In this document: positions 27,351-29,996 of the stretch, in pieces
How positions within the stretch are numbered: the first letter of the stretch is position 1
How the letters are laid out: the number at the start of each line of letters is the position of its first letter
Assembly: GCA_044222065.1 (NCBI GenBank)
Contig: JBGAOA010000053.1
Location: 1-29,996, forward strand
Reading direction: 5' to 3'
Origin: Candidatus Eiseniibacteriota bacterium
GTDB taxonomy: Bacteria; Eisenbacteria; RBG-16-71-46
DNA length: 29,996 nucleotides
The notes under the pieces: generated by a model
Told to the model about the DNA's origin: nothing
What the model saw: only the letters and a program-made list of their open reading frames with translations
Database searches by the model: none
Position numbers and translations under genes: made by a program

Positions 27351-27916
27351 ACCGCCCCATCGTCCGTGTCGGATTGGCCGCCGCCGCCGTCCTGGCGCTC
27401 GACCTGTGGTCGAAGGCCTGGGCCGTGCGCGTGCTGCAGCACCACCCGCCGATCTCCGTGATCGGCGATCTCGTGCGCTTCACGTTCACGCGCAATTCCG
27501 GCGTCGCCTTCGGACTGGGCCAGGGGACGGGATTCCCGTTCTACGTGTTCTCGATCATCGCGTCGCTCGGCATCCTGTGGCTCGTGCTGCGGGGCCGCGT
27601 GCACGGCGGCCTGCCGCTCCTCGCGCTCGGACTGATCCTCGGCGGGGCGATCGGCAACCTCGTGGACCGCGTCACGACCGGCGAAGTCGTGGACTTCATC
27701 CTGCTGAGCTGGCGTGGTCACGACTTCCCGGTGTTCAACGTCGCCGACTCGGCGGTGACGATCGGCGTCGCGCTGTTCGCGCTCGCGTGGGGCCGCCCGC
27801 ACGAGCACGAAGCGTCGCACGACGCGCCCGCCGCGGCCGGGGCGCCGCGCGACGCGGCCGCGCCGGCGTCCGATCCGGACGAGCGCGCGCGCGACGCCGC
27901 CTCCGGCGCCGAGTGA
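27347..27916 (+). CDS. lspA: Lipoprotein signal peptidase (SPase II)
   Basis: DLWSK, NSGVAFG, GGAIGNLVDR, VVDFI and FNVADS motifs; GTGA overlap with the dksA-like stop. Confidence 0.96.
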   Translation: MNRPIVRVGLAAAAVLALDLWSKAWAVRVLQHHPPISVIGDLVRFTFTRNSGVAFGLGQGTGFPFYVFSIIASLGILWLVLRGRVHGGLPLLALGLILGGAIGNLVDRVTTGEVVDFILLSWRGHDFPVFNVADSAVTIGVALFALAWGRPHEHEASHDAPAAAGAPRDAAAPASDPDERARDAASGAE

Positions 27917-27923
27917 GCGCCGC

Positions 27924-28892
27924 GTGTCGGAGCGCTTCGAGGTCGGCGCCGCGCAGGCGGGCGTGCGGCTCGACCGCTTTCTCGCCGAGGCGCAGCCCGA
28001 GCTGTCGCGCAGCCGTCTCCGCGCGCTGATCGACGACGGACGCGTTCGGGTCAACGGACGCGCCGCGCGCGCATCGCTGAAGCTCAAGGCCGGCGACGAC
28101 GTCGAGCTCGAGCGTCCGCCCGCACGGGCGACGACGATCGAGCCCGAGCCCATCGCGCTGCGCATCGTCTACGAGGACGACGATCTCGCGATCGTGGACA
28201 AGCCCGCGGGCCTCGTCGTGCATCCGGGCGCCGGAGTGACGAGCGGGACGCTCGTGCACGGGCTGCTGCATCGCGATCCGGCGATCGCGGACGTCGGCGG
28301 CGAGGGGCGCCCCGGACTCGTCCACCGGCTCGATCGCGACACGTCGGGGCTGCTCGTCGTCGCGCGTACCGTCCGCGCGCACCGCGCGCTCGTCGAGGCG
28401 CTCCAGCGCCGCGAAGTGCATCGCCACTACGCCGCGCTCGTGTGGGGCGACCCGCGCGAGGACTCGGGCGTCGTCGAGACCGCGATCGGCCGCGATCCGC
28501 GCGACCGCAAGCGCATGGCGGTCGTCGAGCGCGGAGGCAAGGAGGCGCGCACCCGCTGGGCGGTGCGGGAGCGCTTCGGCATCGCCGCACTGCTGGACGT
28601 CGAACTCGACACCGGCCGCACGCACCAGATCCGGGTTCACTGCGCGTACCTGCGCCATCCGGTCGTCGGTGACCCCGTCTACGGCGGCCGGAAAAAGGAT
28701 TTGAGCCCGAACCCGGCGCAGCGTAGCCTCGCGACCGCCCTTCTGAGCACGCTCGACCGACAGGCCCTGCACGCTCGGAAGCTGGAATTCGACCATCCCG
28801 TGACGGGGCGGAGGCTCGTCTTCGAGTCGCCGCTGCCGGACGACTTCCGAAACGCCCTCGACCGCCTCCGGTCCACGCGTTCACCCGCCTAG
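27924..28892 (+). CDS. rluD: RluA/RluD-family 23S rRNA pseudouridine synthase with S4 domain
   Basis: RLDRFLA...SRS (S4), KPAGLVVHP, HRLDRDTSG and TGRTHQIRVH...HPVVGD.VYG motifs; lspA-rluD context. Confidence 0.93.
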   Translation: MSERFEVGAAQAGVRLDRFLAEAQPELSRSRLRALIDDGRVRVNGRAARASLKLKAGDDVELERPPARATTIEPEPIALRIVYEDDDLAIVDKPAGLVVHPGAGVTSGTLVHGLLHRDPAIADVGGEGRPGLVHRLDRDTSGLLVVARTVRAHRALVEALQRREVHRHYAALVWGDPREDSGVVETAIGRDPRDRKRMAVVERGGKEARTRWAVRERFGIAALLDVELDTGRTHQIRVHCAYLRHPVVGDPVYGGRKKDLSPNPAQRSLATALLSTLDRQALHARKLEFDHPVTGRRLVFESPLPDDFRNALDRLRSTRSPA

Positions 28893-29033
28893 GCCCCGTT
28901 GGAGAACTCGAGTGCAAGACGGCGAGGAAGTGAGCAACCAGGTGTATTCGCAGGATACTCCGCAGTGACGAACGACTGAGCCGGGCACCCGCCGAAGGCG
29001 GGTCCTGCAATCGAGTTCTCAAACGGAACCCAG
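28889..29033 (-). repeat. 145-bp palindromic/structured intergenic element with 32-bp imperfect terminal inverted repeats (MITE-like or ncRNA)
   Basis: 28889-28920 pairs with 29002-29033: 26 Watson-Crick pairs, 4 positions that are G-U on the minus strand, and 2 mismatches. Internal hairpins CCCGCC-GAA-GGCGGG and GGTGTAT...ATACTCC. Confidence 0.75.
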
Positions 29034-29048
29034 CCCACCGACGCTCGA

Positions 29049-29495
29049 ATGGCCCCAGACACCGCTGACGTCATCACCGTCCGAATGCCGAGCCGGCTCG
29101 AGCTGCTCAACGTGCTCGACCACGTGGCGCAGTCCGTCTGCCAGCGGCTGGAGTTCGACGACAGCACGATGTCGCAGGTCACGATGTCGGTGATCGAGGC
29201 GGGGACGAACGCGATCCAGCACGGCCATCGACGCGACGCCTCGAAGCCGGTGGACGCCCAGTTCCACGTGTTCGAGGACCGGCTCGAGGTCGTCGTGCAC
29301 GATTCCGGGCCGGGTTTCGACCTGTCGCGCATCGGCGGCGACATCACGACGCCGGAGCACCTCTTCGACGTCCGCGGGCGCGGGATCTTCATCATGCGCG
29401 CGTGCATGGACTCGGTGAACTTCGAGTTCGGCCCCGACGGCACGCGCTGCCGGCTCGTGAAGCGCCGGCCCGCCACTCCCGCGAACGGCGCCTGA
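29049..29495 (+). CDS. RsbW/SpoIIAB-like anti-sigma factor / Ser kinase (HATPase_c_2)
   Basis: EAGTNAIQHG (N box), DSGPGFD (G1) and GRGIFIM..CMD.V (G2). Confidence 0.88.
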   Translation: MAPDTADVITVRMPSRLELLNVLDHVAQSVCQRLEFDDSTMSQVTMSVIEAGTNAIQHGHRRDASKPVDAQFHVFEDRLEVVVHDSGPGFDLSRIGGDITTPEHLFDVRGRGIFIMRACMDSVNFEFGPDGTRCRLVKRRPATPANGA

Positions 29496-29503
29496 CCGCG
29501 CGG

Positions 29504-29941
29504 ATGCCGCGCATCCTCGCGGTGGATTGGGGCGAGCGCCGCATCGGGCTCGCGATCAGCGATCCGGAGGGAATCCTCGCCTCGGGTCTCCCGACGCTCG
29601 AGGTGCGCACCCGCGACGAGGCGCTCGAACGCGTCGCGCGCGTCGTCGCCGAGGAAGAGGCCGCGGCGGTCGTCGTCGGCCTGCCGTTGCTGCTGTCGGG
29701 CGAGCAGGGAGAGGCGGCCCGCATCGCCGCGGCGTTCGCGGACTCGCTGCGCGAACGCGTTTCGGTTCCGGTGGACACGTACGACGAGCGGCTCACGTCG
29801 GCGCTGAGCCAGCGCCGCATGCGCGAGGCCGGACTCAAGACCGCCGGGCGGCGCCCGAAGATCGACCAGGGCGCGGCGATCGCGCTGCTCGAGTCGTACC
29901 TGCAGCGCGCGCGCGTGCGGCGCGAGCGCGGGGACGCGTGA
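29504..29941 (+). CDS. ruvX: RuvX/YqgF RNase H-like nuclease (pre-16S rRNA maturation)
   Basis: ILAVDWGERRIGLAISD, VVVGLP, DERLTS and ID..AA..LLESYL motifs. Confidence 0.95.
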   Translation: MPRILAVDWGERRIGLAISDPEGILASGLPTLEVRTRDEALERVARVVAEEEAAAVVVGLPLLLSGEQGEAARIAAAFADSLRERVSVPVDTYDERLTSALSQRRMREAGLKTAGRRPKIDQGAAIALLESYLQRARVRRERGDA

Positions 29942-29996
29942 TGCGCGCGCGTCCCCGCGCGGGAGCGCGCGCGTGACGCCGGCGCCGTCGCGGCCG

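Noticed and set aside
29938..29996. Start of a next gene overlapping the ruvX stop (mltG often follows ruvX)
   Set aside because: Too little sequence in the window to support a call.

Overview
This window is very GC-rich bacterial chromosomal DNA, mostly housekeeping genes. The FlgD/T9SS-like C-terminal domains suggest an FCB-associated lineage such as Ca. Eisenbacteria (inference only). Gene order: two GT-C-type membrane glycosyltransferases, split transketolase, tRNA-Leu, smpB, amidase, GerMN, murI, rph; a ~7.7 kb three-gene block; rdgB; minus-strand pyk and tRNA-His/Arg/Pro; MASE1-PAS hybrid histidine kinase, ssb, tmRNA; yggS, yggT, DUF167, PNP, dksA-like, lspA, rluD; a 145-bp palindromic element; RsbW-like protein and ruvX. 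The standout is the block at 10472-18127, which separates the normally adjacent rph and rdgB. It encodes (i) a 1589-aa secreted protein with six ~205-aa beta-helix-type repeats, a two-fold symmetric dockerin, a cohesin-like domain and a sorting CTD; (ii) a scaffoldin-like Coh-Big2-Coh-Big2-Coh-CTD protein; and (iii) a single-cohesin-CTD protein with a possible lipobox. Together these suggest a cellulosome-like, non-cellulolytic cohesin-dockerin surface assembly. Secondary findings are a structured inverted-repeat element after rluD whose mismatches are mostly G-U on one strand, an actinobacterial-looking pyruvate kinase, a PNP with Asp at the Asn243-equivalent position, and a DksA-like protein with a histone-H1-like tail. 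All domain calls come from reading motifs by eye; no searches were run.
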